In this document: in pieces, positions 26,340 to 38,340 of the stretch | How the letters are laid out: every line of letters begins with the position of its first letter | Position numbering within the stretch: the first letter of the stretch is position 1 | Source of the DNA: Dicyema japonicum | Lineage: Eukaryota > Animalia > Dicyemida | Assembly: GCA_011109175.1 (NCBI GenBank) | Contig: RDEW01000014.1 | Span: 1,164,143-1,228,142, forward strand | Reading direction: 5' to 3' | Length of the DNA stretch: 64,000 nucleotides | Notes under the pieces: generated by a model | What the model was told of the DNA's origin: nothing | Seen by the model: only the letters and a program-made list of their open reading frames with translations | Databases searched by the model: none | Position numbers and translations under genes: made by a program

Positions 26340-27240
26340 ATCAGATTAGAGAGATAATGATCATTTTATTTGTAAAACTAAGTTTGTTATATATTTTATT
26401 ATAGTTACGAGTCTTACATACTACAATGGTGATATTGGGAAACAATATCTAACTACGATAGGATATTACAATTTTGAAGATTCGAGAATGCTATGTCACT
26501 CTTTTTACTTAAATTTGATTTACATTAGCATGTTGAGGGAGAACCAATATGTTCATAGTAATTATCTCATTAATGACTTTAGCCTTAGCCAATAATGAGG
26601 ATACCAATTATTGGATAGATATCAAATATGTGGAAACTAATAGAACATGGTTTAAATACTCTGGTGAGGATATGGTAATACTAACTTTATAAAATTACAG
26701 GTTTACGACAAATGGGAGTACACACAACCATATATTCACACTGACTGTAGAAATTGTGCCCAGTTAGATGAGTGTGGCACGTGGGACACGGTTTGCTGTG
26801 ATGAACACAGGAGTGCTCTTTGCACTGTTCCAAGTTCTTATCTCGTTCACAAATAGTGTCAAAAAATCGATGTTACAACAACTTGTGCTACTTTGAGTAC
26901 AATCAAAAAGTTCCCTGTAACAAAATGTCCGAGGTATGTAAGAAAATCAATGGAGTCCCTGTCATACCAACCGACAGTGTAGTCAACCAACAGCTAATCG
27001 GTGACTAAACTATCAGAACTTTAGAATGGTTCGGAAACACTGAGGGAAATTTGTTTTGGATCAACATGCCCCCAAAAAATCAGGTAAATAGAGATAATAT
27101 AGATTTAGGCTTACCAAAATTGGTCCAATGAGGATGAGGGGAGTCAGGGAACCTGTGCAGTTATAAACACGTGTGGAAAATGGACTTTTGTTAATCCTGG
27201 AGAAAGTCATAGAGTAATTTGCAAAGTGGAACAGAAATAA
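26340..27240 (+). CDS. Tandem C-type lectin-like domain protein (spliced; 5' end unresolved)
   Basis: Introns 26558-82, 26675-700, ~26833-55, 27001-24 and 27084-108 give ..FEDSRMLC..L..I..LRENQYV..YWI..CAQL..GTWD..C; then ..FWI..YQNW..GTCAVI..GKW..VICK, ending TAA 27238-40. Confidence 0.75.
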
Positions 27241-27320
27241 AATTAATAATTAACATTACTAATAAATCTAATATTAATTAAAAATATTATTTACCTTTCA
27301 AATTAATACATTGGTGGGCA

Positions 27321-28079
27321 ATGGTCGGTCCACATAAAAAGAGGCTATTTATTAAGCACGGAAGACCAATGAAAATGTTTCTCCCCCTCGACAAACCCTA
27401 TGAGGAGGCACGACTAATGATTCAAGTTTGATAATTTGGATAAATCATAGATTGGTGGAGGTCAGATTGTCTCCAAATGTACAAAGGATTCCATAAAGTT
27501 TCACTTTTGTATAACCCCCAGATTAGTGGATCCATCAATGGTTGAGACTATCCCCAATTCGGTTTCTCTCAATTTCATTAAGAAATGCTTTTGGAAGAAC
27601 AGAATTCTTGATACGAAAGAGTTTAAAAAGAAAAAACCAAGTCACTATACATTCAAACAAGACATGTGCATAATAAATTATGTCTACAACAATCGATTGA
27701 TTGGTCACGTGACTGGAATTGCTATTTGGAAGGCAATTGACGAACCTGATCTAAGTAATCATAGTCCACAGTCAATCAGAGACCGATTCCTGAAAAGAAT
27801 CCTTACTCATCTCTCTGAATATTCACTTCCAAACAATTATATCAACTACTTTTCCGGTGTTAACCACACCTCAGGTTCACATCCTTCTGAGATTCATTCG
27901 ATTGTTGGTGATGAAATCCTCTCAGCTATAGATATTATTGATGTAATATTGGAGTTATTCCATAGTCCTTGAGTTCTTCTATGCAAGTTCATGTCAGTGA
28001 GGTGTTCGAAACACTTTGTAAATTCTCTGGAGACTTTGGTAAAGTTTATGATTATCTGTCTTCAAAAATTAATTTTTAA
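27321..28079 (+). CDS. TERF2IP: Telomeric protein RAP1 (BRCT + Myb + partial RCT), ~236 aa, 3 exons
   Basis: Exons 27321-27425, 27451-27942, 27966-28079. BRCT LFIKHG.PM..IQIGGG.IV..SLNFIKKC..N; Myb YTFKQD..I..VTG..IWK..HSPQS.RDRFLK; RCT AIDII..L..VSEV..LCKFSGD...V..YL. Confidence 0.82.
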
Positions 28080-28119
28080 TTTTGTTAATATTTCTAAATT
28101 AAATTTTTGCTCTATTCAA

Positions 28120-28965
28120 GAGGGAACAGCTATCTGAAGATCTGTCACGTTACAAAATTGACATCTGATGCTTACAAGAGACAAAGAGTGCCCTCTTGCT
28201 CCCATTAGACAATTGTCATGACCCCGTAATAATTGTCGGAACAGCAGAAGGAAATACGTTCGAAACTGAAAAGTGCATTAAAGAGAAACCTTGAAATATT
28301 ACATTTTATAAGAAAACGATCGAATGACCTCTGGCACAAATATTTGGACGATGAGGATACTGAAATTGAAAACTGTCAGTATGGAAGACGAGTGTTGGCG
28401 AGGATGGCTGTAAAGCTCAAGTGAAACCCTTTTAGGGTTACGCGAAGGAGCTTTTAACTAACTTACATTCTCGTGGACTCTAGGATCTTCATTTTTAAGA
28501 TTCCCAACATAGTTTTCGTCTTCAACATCTACACATCTCTCAACCCTCACTAAGTATATCGCTGATGGGTTCAATAACTCCAGTCCTCCCCAGCATACTA
28601 TACTTCATCGATTGACCCAACCAAAGCATTCGAACGAACGCCAAAAAGGGTTCTTAGTAACAAAATTAATTCCTCCTCGACTTCATAATTGGGTAACAAA
28701 TTTCATCTTTGGAGACTTTCTCAGGTTGAAATTATTTATGGTTTATCCCATTTTCGATACCTTCCTAAGAGTCTCCCAAAGCTCCGTTTTGTCTCCTGCC
28801 TTATTCAAATTGCTTCTGAGTGATATTCCAACTAATTTTAAGCCACTTCTATCATATGCGGATGATCTGATTATCGACTTTAAAGACAGTGACGTCATCG
28901 AAGGATTTAATAACCACTTGAACTCTCTTGAAGAGTGGATCAAATCCAAACATTCTCTGTGAAAG
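28120..28965 (+). mobile_element. Mixed LINE remnants (RTE APE start; Ingi/Vingi-like RT)
   Basis: REQLSEDLSRYKIDI*CLQETK; SQSSVLSPALF..YADD. Confidence 0.65.
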
Positions 28966-29329
28966 ACTACTAGTCCAAAACCTGTGAAACCTAAAGACCA
29001 TATAAACGCCTACGTCCAATAATCCTTAAATATTATATTATCGATATATACAACAGGTAGATAAATATCTTCCCCCAAGGTGGATTTCATGATTGACGGT
29101 CCACTAAGACGCTGTTTAGGTACACAAATGGTATGTGGAACTCTGCCATACAAAACGCAAATATTATAGATCTTTAAGTCCTTTTAACGGAAACAAACGG
29201 GACCTTAGTTAATATAATGTTGTTTTATTATTATTTATTTAAGCACTTCACGAGAGCCATACTAATTATAGCCCCGCATGTGCAGCAAAAGAAACAAGGT
29301 TAGATGTCATCCTTTTCCATGCTCCCCTG

Positions 29330-29675
29330 TTCCTAGCCAAAAGCTCTTGATAGGTCAATTCCCAAAATATTGGTGGCGTTACGGTATCTTTGATATGTTG
29401 CACACCTCCATCTGTGACTCCATAACGCATCAGCTGTGGATCTCTCTTCTCGAAAACCACTTTGACTATCTGGTAGGTATTTATAAGCAGATCCTTTTAT
29501 TCGTTCAAGCACAATGTTTGCCAAGACTTTGCGTAATGAATTTAGTAGTATGATGGGTCGCAAATTTTCGATCGGTCCTCTGTTTTTGTTGGTTTTTTGT
29601 ATGGGGATTAGTAGTCCCGTACCCAGAGGTAGAGTTGAGTTAGTTGAAAACATTTCATTTAGTAGTGTAGCGATT
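29330..29675 (-). mobile_element. RTE RT fragment truncated by gap
   Basis: LPLGTGLLIPIQK..LRPIILLNSLRK..QSGFR..RST..GIDLSRAF. Confidence 0.8.
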
Positions 29676-30533
29676 NNNNNNNNNNNNNNNNNNNNNNNNN
29701 NNNNNNNNNNNNNNNNNNNNNNNNNNNNNNNNNNNNNNNNNNNNNNNNNNNNNNNNNNNNNNNNNNNNNNNNNNNNNNNNNNNNNNNNNNNNNNNNNNNN
29801 NNNNNNNNNNNNNNNNNNNNNNNNNNNNNNNNNNNNNNNNNNNNNNNNNNNNNNNNNNNNNNNNNNNNNNNNNNNNNNNNNNNNNNNNNNNNNNNNNNNN
29901 NNNNNNNNNNNNNNNNNNNNNNNNNNNNNNNNNNNNNNNNNNNNNNNNNNNNNNNNNNNNNNNNNNNNNNNNNNNNNNNNNNNNNNNNNNNNNNNNNNNN
30001 NNNNNNNNNNNNNNNNNNNNNNNNNNNNNNNNNNNNNNNNNNNNNNNNNNNNNNNNNNNNNNNNNNNNNNNNNNNNNNNNNNNNNNNNNNNNNNNNNNNN
30101 NNNNNNNNNNNNNNNNNNNNNNNNNNNNNNNNNNNNNNNNNNNNNNNNNNNNNNNNNNNNNNNNNNNNNNNNNNNNNNNNNNNNNNNNNNNNNNNNNNNN
30201 NNNNNNNNNNNNNNNNNNNNNNNNNNNNNNNNNNNNNNNNNNNNNNNNNNNNNNNNNNNNNNNNNNNNNNNNNNNNNNNNNNNNNNNNNNNNNNNNNNNN
30301 NNNNNNNNNNNNNNNNNNNNNNNNNNNNNNNNNNNNNNNNNNNNNNNNNNNNNNNNNNNNNNNNNNNNNNNNNNNNNNNNNNNNNNNNNNNNNNNNNNNN
30401 NNNNNNNNNNNNNNNNNNNNNNNNNNNNNNNNNNNNNNNNNNNNNNNNNNNNNNNNNNNNNNNNNNNNNNNNNNNNNNNNNNNNNNNNNNNNNNNNNNNN
30501 NNNNNNNNNNNNNNNNNNNNNNNNNNNNNNNNN
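29676..30533. other. Assembly gap (N run)
   Basis: Run of n. Confidence 1.
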
Positions 30534-30544
30534 GTTATCAATTA

Positions 30545-30890
30545 GTAATATCAAGGATTCAAAAGGATTTCTAATTCAAAAAAAGACATGGTTTTAGAAT
30601 GCATGAATTACAAGGGAAAATGATTACTGACAAACAACTTGATTTAGAAAGATTTGTAGATCATTTTGATGAAATTTCTAAACATTATAAAAAAGACGAA
30701 ATTTACAAAATGGACAAGACAGGGCTCTATTATAAACTGATTCCGTCCAAGAGCATATGCAACACGATTTGGTAGATATAAAAATTTCAAAGATCGGGTT
30801 TCAACTATGTTATGTACAAATATGACTGGAACCCATAAATTAAAGCCAGTTAAGATTTCAAAATCTTAAGTACCCAGATGTTTCAAAAAA
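30545..30890 (+). mobile_element. Tigger/pogo (CENP-B-like DDE_1) transposase remnant
   Basis: FKKRHG..LQG..EIYKMDKTGLYYKLIP..KDRVSTMLCTNMTG.HKLKP..PRCFK. Confidence 0.8.
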
Positions 30891-31067
30891 TATAATTATT
30901 AATGATCGATAAATTATTGTGACCGGTTTAATATGTGCCGTTAAAGGCGTTAAAGCCGTTAGAAATCAATATTTTTTTAATGAAAAATAAATAAATTAAT
31001 TAATTCCTATCTTTATAATGATTGGTAATTTTAATAATTTAAATTTCTTACAAATTTTCATTTTCTT

Positions 31068-31503
31068 AATGGCTGAATGTGAAACGTCTGATGACATAGG
31101 ATCTCAAGGTCGTGGGTTTAAATCCGAAAGACGGAGTTTTCAGCCAAGGTCAATTCTTTTCAAACAGATCCCACCCGTCCTTCTGGCACTTCTGGCACGA
31201 CACAGTTGTTAAAAGGAATCTTTCTCCCTGACCAAACCCTCTGATGAAGATTGCATTATGAAAACTATTCCGCTAAAGAATAAGTGATGTCCGCGACGGT
31301 AAAACGTGGGACAAAAATGAATGAACGCAAACCTACTTCTCCACCTCTCTTCGGAAGCGGAAGCCTGTAATTAAGTATTGGAAGATGGATTTGGTAGGCA
31401 CAAGCAGATGTTCTCCATTTGGTTCCTTCCTTTGATTAGTTAGTTATGATTGTTTGTGCTGGGCTTACAATGATAAGCCTGGGGTTAATAATAATAATAA
31501 TAA
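31068..31503 (+). mobile_element. tRNA-derived SINE with LINE-type 3' terminus
   Basis: A-box-like TGGCTGAATG, B-box-like GGGTTTAAATCC (31114-25), end CCTGGGGTTAATAATAATAATAA. Confidence 0.6.
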
Positions 31504-31514
31504 CGGCTTACATC

Positions 31515-32420
31515 AGATAGAATAGTAATAGAAAGTCAGAGAATTCAAATGTCTCCTGAATGTCATGTCTCGACATTTCTAAAGCATCTGACAGTATTAA
31601 CCTCAGAACCATAATCGATCAGTTATCTCGGACGGGGAGCCCAAAGGAAATAGTGATCTGGGTGAAAGTGTACATAGAAGGAAGAAAATCCCATGTTAGA
31701 TGCGGACGCTATTTTTATAATATGATATTATTGAAGAGAGGAGTCCCACAAGGATCAATTTTGAGCCCTCTATTGTTTAATGTTCTAATGGCCGGATTCC
31801 CGTCTCCGTCTACAACAAGTACGAGATCTCTGATATACACAGACGACGTGCTACTTTTTGATGTGTCGAGATCGAGCAAGATCTTCCAGAGGGAACTCAA
31901 TGTGTACATGGAAGAGATAAAAGACTGGTGCGGTTTTGTGGGTTGAAACTGTTAGAAGAAAAATCTAGTGCTATGATGTTCTTGGGTCGGAATGGTAAAG
32001 GAAATCACAAAGATTCCATATGCGGAATTGACATTGTGAGCTCCTGAAGTATCTCGGAACAGCTTTTGAGAAATCTGGGAGCACATTGTGCGATTTTAAA
32101 CTCAAAAGGAAGAAAGCCCACCAAGCGATATTGTGTATGAGGAAATTGAGACTCGAAACGGATATGTTTTTATTTATTTTTTCACGTACGATCATTCCAT
32201 CACTCCTTTATGGACAGGAAGGATGGTATTACACTGCATACAATGAGCGTTTTATCTTGCTTCTTGAAAAATAGAGGAGAGCAGCAAGATTGCCCTACAC
32301 AAAAGGTTCGACGAGAAGCTAGATGAAGATGAAAATTTGCTAGTATTGTCGATAAGAGATGCAGTAAAAAAAGGATGAAAAACTACCTGAAAGGAGATGC
32401 CATCATTGACTCGTATGTTG
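31515..32420 (+). mobile_element. Decayed LINE RT fragment (copy of 18890-19830)
   Basis: LDISKA.D, GVPQGSILSPLLFNV, YTDD. Confidence 0.8.
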
Positions 32421-33299
32421 TTAAAGTTATCTAAATATCTATCTATCCGAATTTGCTATAAAGTAACCTTATATCACGGTTCTTTTCCTTGGGGATTTAA
32501 CATCTCTACTTTACTCGGGATTTTACTTTTCTATTTCCCTTTGGGATTTAACTTTTCTATATTTTGTTTCTCTTGAAACAAAACTTAGTGGTTGTTAATG
32601 TTATCAAGTGATAAATTTGTCTTATCAACCCGGACAGTATCAACGGGTTTTTATGACATAATACAATAAATAACAATAAAAAACCTTTTGTAGACGGGTC
32701 TAGATTTTCTACAACTTCCAATTCTTCTATATTAAAACTTTCAAGATTATCGTGAACATGATTCCACGACAGTGTTGAATTGAGGAATACCACGATACTC
32801 TTTGGAATCGGTCAGAGACAACTCGCCTAGAAATAACGTAAAAATATTATTTTTCCACACTTCATATTAGGTATACGGGGAGTATGGAAGCAAATTCCGG
32901 AACGTGCGTACATACGACCCAATACCTGTTAAGTAGCGAATTCCGGAACATGCGAGCAGGCATATTCACCCAAAATGGAAAACCGCCAGAAGAACGGTGC
33001 TATCGAAAATGTGTTGGTTCCCGAGAACAACACCTTCCTTTTCAGTATTTCCAAGTACCTGAACAATGAGAATATTCCTTTCAGTACCTGGAAAAAATGA
33101 GAATATTGCTAAGAGCATTTTCCTTTTGTGTAAATGGGGTGATTTTTAGCTTAATAATAATAAGTGGAAATGGGGTAACCTTCCTTTTCAGTATTTCCTG
33201 AGGTTATATAAATAAAAACAATTAAGGGGAAAAAGTGGCCTCTTATTTGCTAAATCAAATCATGTGGACTCCAACTGTATAGGTAATCTGGCGGATTCC

Positions 33300-34680
33300 A
33301 ATGCACCAGTAATGAATTCATCTATGTCTTGAACTCCTTGCGCTTATAGGACTTGATGGCCTTTAACGTCGACAATCCTGCCGGATCTACACTTGTTGAC
33401 CGCACTAACGTCTAGACTATGTCGAACGCATACTCCTATTCTTATGGAATCATTGTCAGAGTCTCGAGGAAGGCACACGGAAGGGCTCACATCCAAGAAC
33501 CAATTTCACCTGCGGATGCTGAGTCAAGTAACGTTAGATAGGGCTGATCCATTTTCGGTTGTATTGTTTCGATAATAATGTGCATAGCTGTTCTCCCTTT
33601 GTTTCATAGTATGATTCGGGGATCCAAGATTGGATAGTCAAAGTTTTATTCAAACACTCTAACGATCCAGCAATAAGGTCCTTTATATGGTTAGGATGTG
33701 GGGCATAAAGTCCCTTATTCTGGTCAAAGAAAAAAGTATATAATTGGAATGGACACGTTAGGGCCGATGGGTGCTTTTCTATGGTCCGTTCAAGGGAATC
33801 TCTTGTTGGAGGAAGCACCTTGTTGATAAAAGTAATAATTCCCAATTTAATGACGGTGTAGTCAGTAAATGGTGATAGTAAAAGGCATTATTGTGTTTCT
33901 CAAAGAGATTTATGACCTATAAAGATTAAATTAGTGAAATTATTTTTTGAGAGTTTTCGAATTGAGACACCAAAATAGCAATGTCATAATTATATTATTC
34001 ATTTTTAACAAATATGCAATTCTCATGCACAGACCGTATCCTTCTAATAACTTCCACAGCCCAATCATCTAATTCCACATCCCCAGATATGCCTTTAAGT
34101 CCATCAACAATAGGAACTGCTGTAATCAAAGCACACAATTTGAGTCCTTTCTCGAATAGTAATACAAATTTGTCATGATAAGGTTTGCCAATCTCATCAA
34201 AACCACGTGACACCTTCATTATCAATTCAAGAAGAGTTGTAGTAAGTCTATCTAAACTTACCACAGGATTCTTATTGAGGTCCGCTATGATAGATCGAAC
34301 ATTATCTTCCAGAAAATCATCAAAATTCGAATCATCCTCCTTGACTAAGAATAATAAATCCATTTACCTATAAAATTTAGAAACCTATCCTCCAGCTTCT
34401 TTGAAATTGAAATTATATTTGATGACTGAGAATTCTTCCCCTTCACCTGCCTTTATTGCTTAGATTACCTTGCTTAAGAATGAATGTTCGTACTTTGAGC
34501 TGTTATGGGAGACTATAATATGCCAAAGCATCAATTTTCGGTATGAGTAGTCGTCCAGTTGCTTTAATTTGTTTGGAGTTCTGTTAAGTTTATTAATACT
34601 ACATTTTATGGAAGTTAGTAAGAGATCCTGATATATTATTGAGAGTCTGTATAAAGCTTTCAATTGTTAGACACAGATTG
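33300..34680 (-). pseudogene. Uncharacterised host gene exons or fragments
   Basis: Three consecutive same-strand ORFs (34460-34663, 33995-34363, 33534-33845) with protein-like composition and no TE motifs; splicing not resolved. Confidence 0.4.
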
Positions 34681-34854
34681 ACACACATAATTAGTTATTG
34701 GCACACAGCGAAGTTTAAATTTGAAATTTAAAAACAATTTGTAAATATAAATATAAAATAAACAATACAAATAAACTAATTTGTAATTATAGCTATTTCT
34801 AAATGTATCTTAGCTTTAATCTTTTAGAATTATTATTATTATTAGTTTAAATTT

Positions 34855-34995
34855 AGGCTCGACAAGTGACGCCGTCATCAGTGGACTCTCACTGCGGAAC
34901 TGGATTTTCTAGAAAGGACCCACACACAAGAAAAAGAAAAAAAAGAAGTGAAGATCATTCCTTGGTTATACGATTAGTTAAAATTAACTGTTATT
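34855..34995 (+). mobile_element. SINE core and tail fragment
   Basis: GACAAGTGACGCCGTCATCAG core at 34861-34881. Confidence 0.55.
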
Positions 34996-35073
34996 TACTT
35001 AAATAAAGTGTGTGTCCTGCCTATGCGGAGCTAATACCACGGCTCCGTGAAAAAGGCTGTTATTATTATTATT

Positions 35074-35158
35074 TAGCGTGGTGTTATGTGGTCTACCAAT
35101 TCAAAAGGTTTTGGAAACGCCCAGGGAGGTACCTAATGCCCACCGAAAAAGGACCGAT
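35074..35158 (+). ncRNA. HDV-like structured leader (copy B)
   Basis: P1 GGTGTT/AACGCC, P2 TGGTCT/GGACCG, P3 ACC/GGT, P4 GGG/CCC, C-GAAAAA. Confidence 0.6.
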
Positions 35159-35765
35159 AGACCCCATTCTCCTGGGGACATTCTCGTCCCCGGGCGATGC
35201 ATTTTACGGAGCATCGAACTTTCCTAGAGGAAATCCTCTGCCCATCGAAGAGAAAAGCACTTTACGACTCTCCAGCTAAACATAAATGGAATTAAAGGAA
35301 AAATCAGGAAACTCCGCTCACTCCTGGCTTGTCAAAAGATTAACGTTGCGATGATTCAAGAGACCAAACTCTCTTTTAATGACCCTACCCCTACATTCCC
35401 AGGATACAAAGCTATCAGGAAAGACTGTAAAGAAAAAAAAGGTGGAGGTCTGCTCACTCTATTCAAAAAAGAACTTGAAATGCAGAGACATCTCCTCGGA
35501 AATGAGGAAACTTGTTGGGGATGATGATGTAACAGAAATAATTGGAATCTCGCTCTGGACAACGGAAGGAAGACTATGCCTTGTGAATATCTACGTTCCA
35601 CCTTTTGGTTCCTGTCCGAAAATCTATGTTATGCCTAACCTATCAAGCCTGTCTTCCTTCGATGAAATCATCATCGGCGGGGATTTGAATGCGAAGCATC
35701 CATTATGGCTGTCAACTTAACTAGCTGACATGAGAGGGAAACTATTATCGCAAACGGACTCCCTA
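35074..35765 (+). mobile_element. 5' end of Ingi/Vingi-like LINE (leader + APE endonuclease)
   Basis: LQLNINGIKGK..IQETKL..PGY..RKD..GGGL..LVNIYVPP..GGDLNAKHPLW. Confidence 0.8.
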
Positions 35766-35777
35766 ACGATATCAGAA

Positions 35778-35965
35778 CATTATTATTATTATAAGTACTT
35801 ATCGCTTTGTCATAGGACTTGACAAAGCATGTGCAACACGAGTTAGCAAATCACCGGTTAGTTTCATCCACTTCTTCCTATTCAAAGCCGCAGAGCGCAA
35901 CCAGTCAAGATCCTCTCCACTTCCAAGATGCCGTCCCATTTCTTTGAGGTCTTCGTCCTTTTATA
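35778..35965 (-). mobile_element. RTE 3' end with (TAA)n tail
   Basis: LKEMGRHL..DLDWLR..A..RKKW..L; tail attattattatta on + strand. Confidence 0.6.
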
Positions 35966-36339
35966 AAGAAGATTAGATGACATCCTCGTATCACTTCTTT
36001 CGAACATCATATGCCGTAGTTGATATCTATGAAACGCATTAAGTCTCTATTATCATATTATTATCAGAACATTAAATAATGAAATAAAGGCAAAAGAGCT
36101 CAATGTCCAGAGGTTGAAATGGAATCGTGTGCTTACAACGATGAATAGAAATCGCACTACGGGAAAGGTGTGGAAAGCTACTCGAAATGTGGCAAAAGGC
36201 GATGAAGTTTCAACAGAGGAAGATTATGTTCAAAGTGATGTGAACAACTTAAGGAAATGCAATTGGATTTGTGAAGATCATCGACCCGGACCTACGCCTC
36301 TGGAGGCCCTTATGAGAATAGACTCCAGATCACAAGAAG

Positions 36340-37730
36340 GTGGCCCTAAAAATTCAGGCAGCCGTCCTGTACGTTCATGCGCGGGCACAAAGGAAAAACA
36401 CCAAGCAAAGATGAGGTCTCACCATTAAAGACTTCCGGAAGAGTTATTCTTGGACGACCTCTGAACTTCTCCCCTGACGTATCGAAGTATTCTTCCATGA
36501 CGACGTTTGCTGGCGTGTCTTGTTCCAATCTGAGAATATGGCCAAACAATCTCCAGCGAGCCTTCATGATCATGGTGCTCAGAGGTCCGGAACCAACTTC
36601 TCCCCTGACGTATCGAAGTATTCTTCCATGACGACGTTTGCTGGCGTGTCTTGTTCCAATCTGAGAATATGGCCAAACAATCTCCAGCGAGCCTTCATGA
36701 TCATGGTGCTCAGAGGTCCGGAACCGCATCTTCTATATAAATTTTCACTCCCTACATGCATTGGCCACTTTAGTCCCAAGAGAGACCGAAGTTGCCTTCT
36801 GTGAAAGGAGTCAAGGTTTTGTTCGTCCGTTTTCGAAATTCCCCACGTCCCAGAGTTGTATGTTAGTATGGGCCTCACGAACGCCTCATACAACCTGAGT
36901 CGGAGTGATGGCCCGACCGAGCATTTTCTTATCCAACATTTCATAAGTTTTTGCATAGTAACCGTAGATAACAATTTTCTTCTTGCAATGTCTTCGGAGT
37001 CTCCGAGAAGAGAGCCAAGCTTTACGGTCTTCCTCCAACATTCACTATTGCGTAGTTCCATCCGCTTAATTTCAACAATATCCGTTTTCTGAACATTCAG
37101 TGATAGACACCATTTGGCCAAACAGCCTGATGCAACCTCCAAGAGACGTAAGAGTGCTTCTTTGTCAGTCGAGATAAAGTCAACATCATCGGCATACACG
37201 ATCTCCATAATATAATTGTTGTAATACTTCCGGAGGTCTTGCAGAGCCGATTCAAGGTATATAGCAAACAATACTGGGGAAAGGGAATCTCCTTGGGGTG
37301 TGCCCACTGTTGAAATAATTTCCCGTGACAAACATTTTCCAATACGCACTCGTAACCTCGTGTTTGATAAGAATATCCGTATCAGAATAACCGAGTCCTT
37401 ATCCAGGAAACTTTCAAGCACTTCAATGAGTTTTCCCCGACGGACAGTGTCGAAAGCTCTGGTCAGATCAATTCCAAGGATAGTCTTTGAGCTCCGGAAT
37501 CTTTGTTGAATAGCACATTGCCATCTATGGCACCATACTACATCAGCCGTTGATCTCCCTGTCCTAAAACCACTCTGGCTCTGGGCCAAGTACCCGTCCA
37601 CCGGCTCTTGGATCCGATTAAGAGTAATTAGGGCAAGGATCTTCCTTAAGGTGTTTAGAAGTCCTTGATGTACCTCCACACATATCCTGTCATCAATTTT
37701 CCAATATCGATGTAATCTGGGGAGCAAATT
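36340..37730 (-). mobile_element. RTE-type LINE RT, long open frame, with 130-bp tandem duplication
   Basis: ORF 36579-37727: QSGFRTGRST, IDLTRAFD, GTPQGDSLSPVLF, YADD, RWRLFGHILR; 36467-36594 repeated at 36597-36724. Confidence 0.9.
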
Positions 37731-38024
37731 CTTGTGAACAGCGAAACCCTGTCCATAGTGTTTACAGTACGATGGAAGGAGGATTAGTCTGTAGTCTCCA
37801 AGGTTTTCATCGAGTCCTTTTCTGAGCTTCGTCTCTTGGAGACAGCAAACAGAGCATCCATATTTTGCAAGGTCCAGACATAGTTGGTGCCTCTTCGATC
37901 AATCATTAAGGCCCCTGGCATTGAAGGTAAGGGTAGAAAACCAGAAAGGATTATTCAAATACGTATTAGACATATGTGCAATAGAGGGACGTCACCACCT
38001 CAACCGTGGTCTTGGGTTAATAAA

Positions 38025-38340
38025 TAAAATTTTATTAACCTCGGATACACAGAGAAAGAAGTTAAAGTAAACAACTAATTAAGTGTATCCAGTTTCCACT
38101 TCTACAGAGTCCATCCGTAATCAACATAAAAGGTAAGACGTCCATTACATGCAGTTGTGGAAACCTCTCCAATTGGAATGGGGGAGAACAAATGATCCTT
38201 TTTCGTCCCGGCCTGGCACTGGGCGACACCTAGACAGGTGGATCACTTGACGCCACTCTATTAGGAAGAGAGAGGAAAAACAGACAAGCATGCAGAAAAA
38301 TTAAACCAATTAACCACGCAGCACCACATGGCGCACGCGG
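38025..38340 (-). mobile_element. ~320-bp short non-autonomous element (SINE/SIDE-like) containing HDV-like motif (copy C, 38190-38262)
   Basis: Inverted match to 40205-40525; P2 AAGTGATCC/GGATCATTT; terminus CCGAGGTTAATAAA. Confidence 0.7.

Noticed and set aside
32870-33240. Repeated (GC)AAATTCCGGAAC and CCTTTTCAGTATTTCC motifs as a DNA-transposon end
   Set aside because: No partner terminus, TSD or transposase found.
33256-33310. Sixth copy of the HDV-like motif (CATGTGGACTCCAACTGTATAGGT)
   Set aside because: No P1', P4 or P2' complement could be found.
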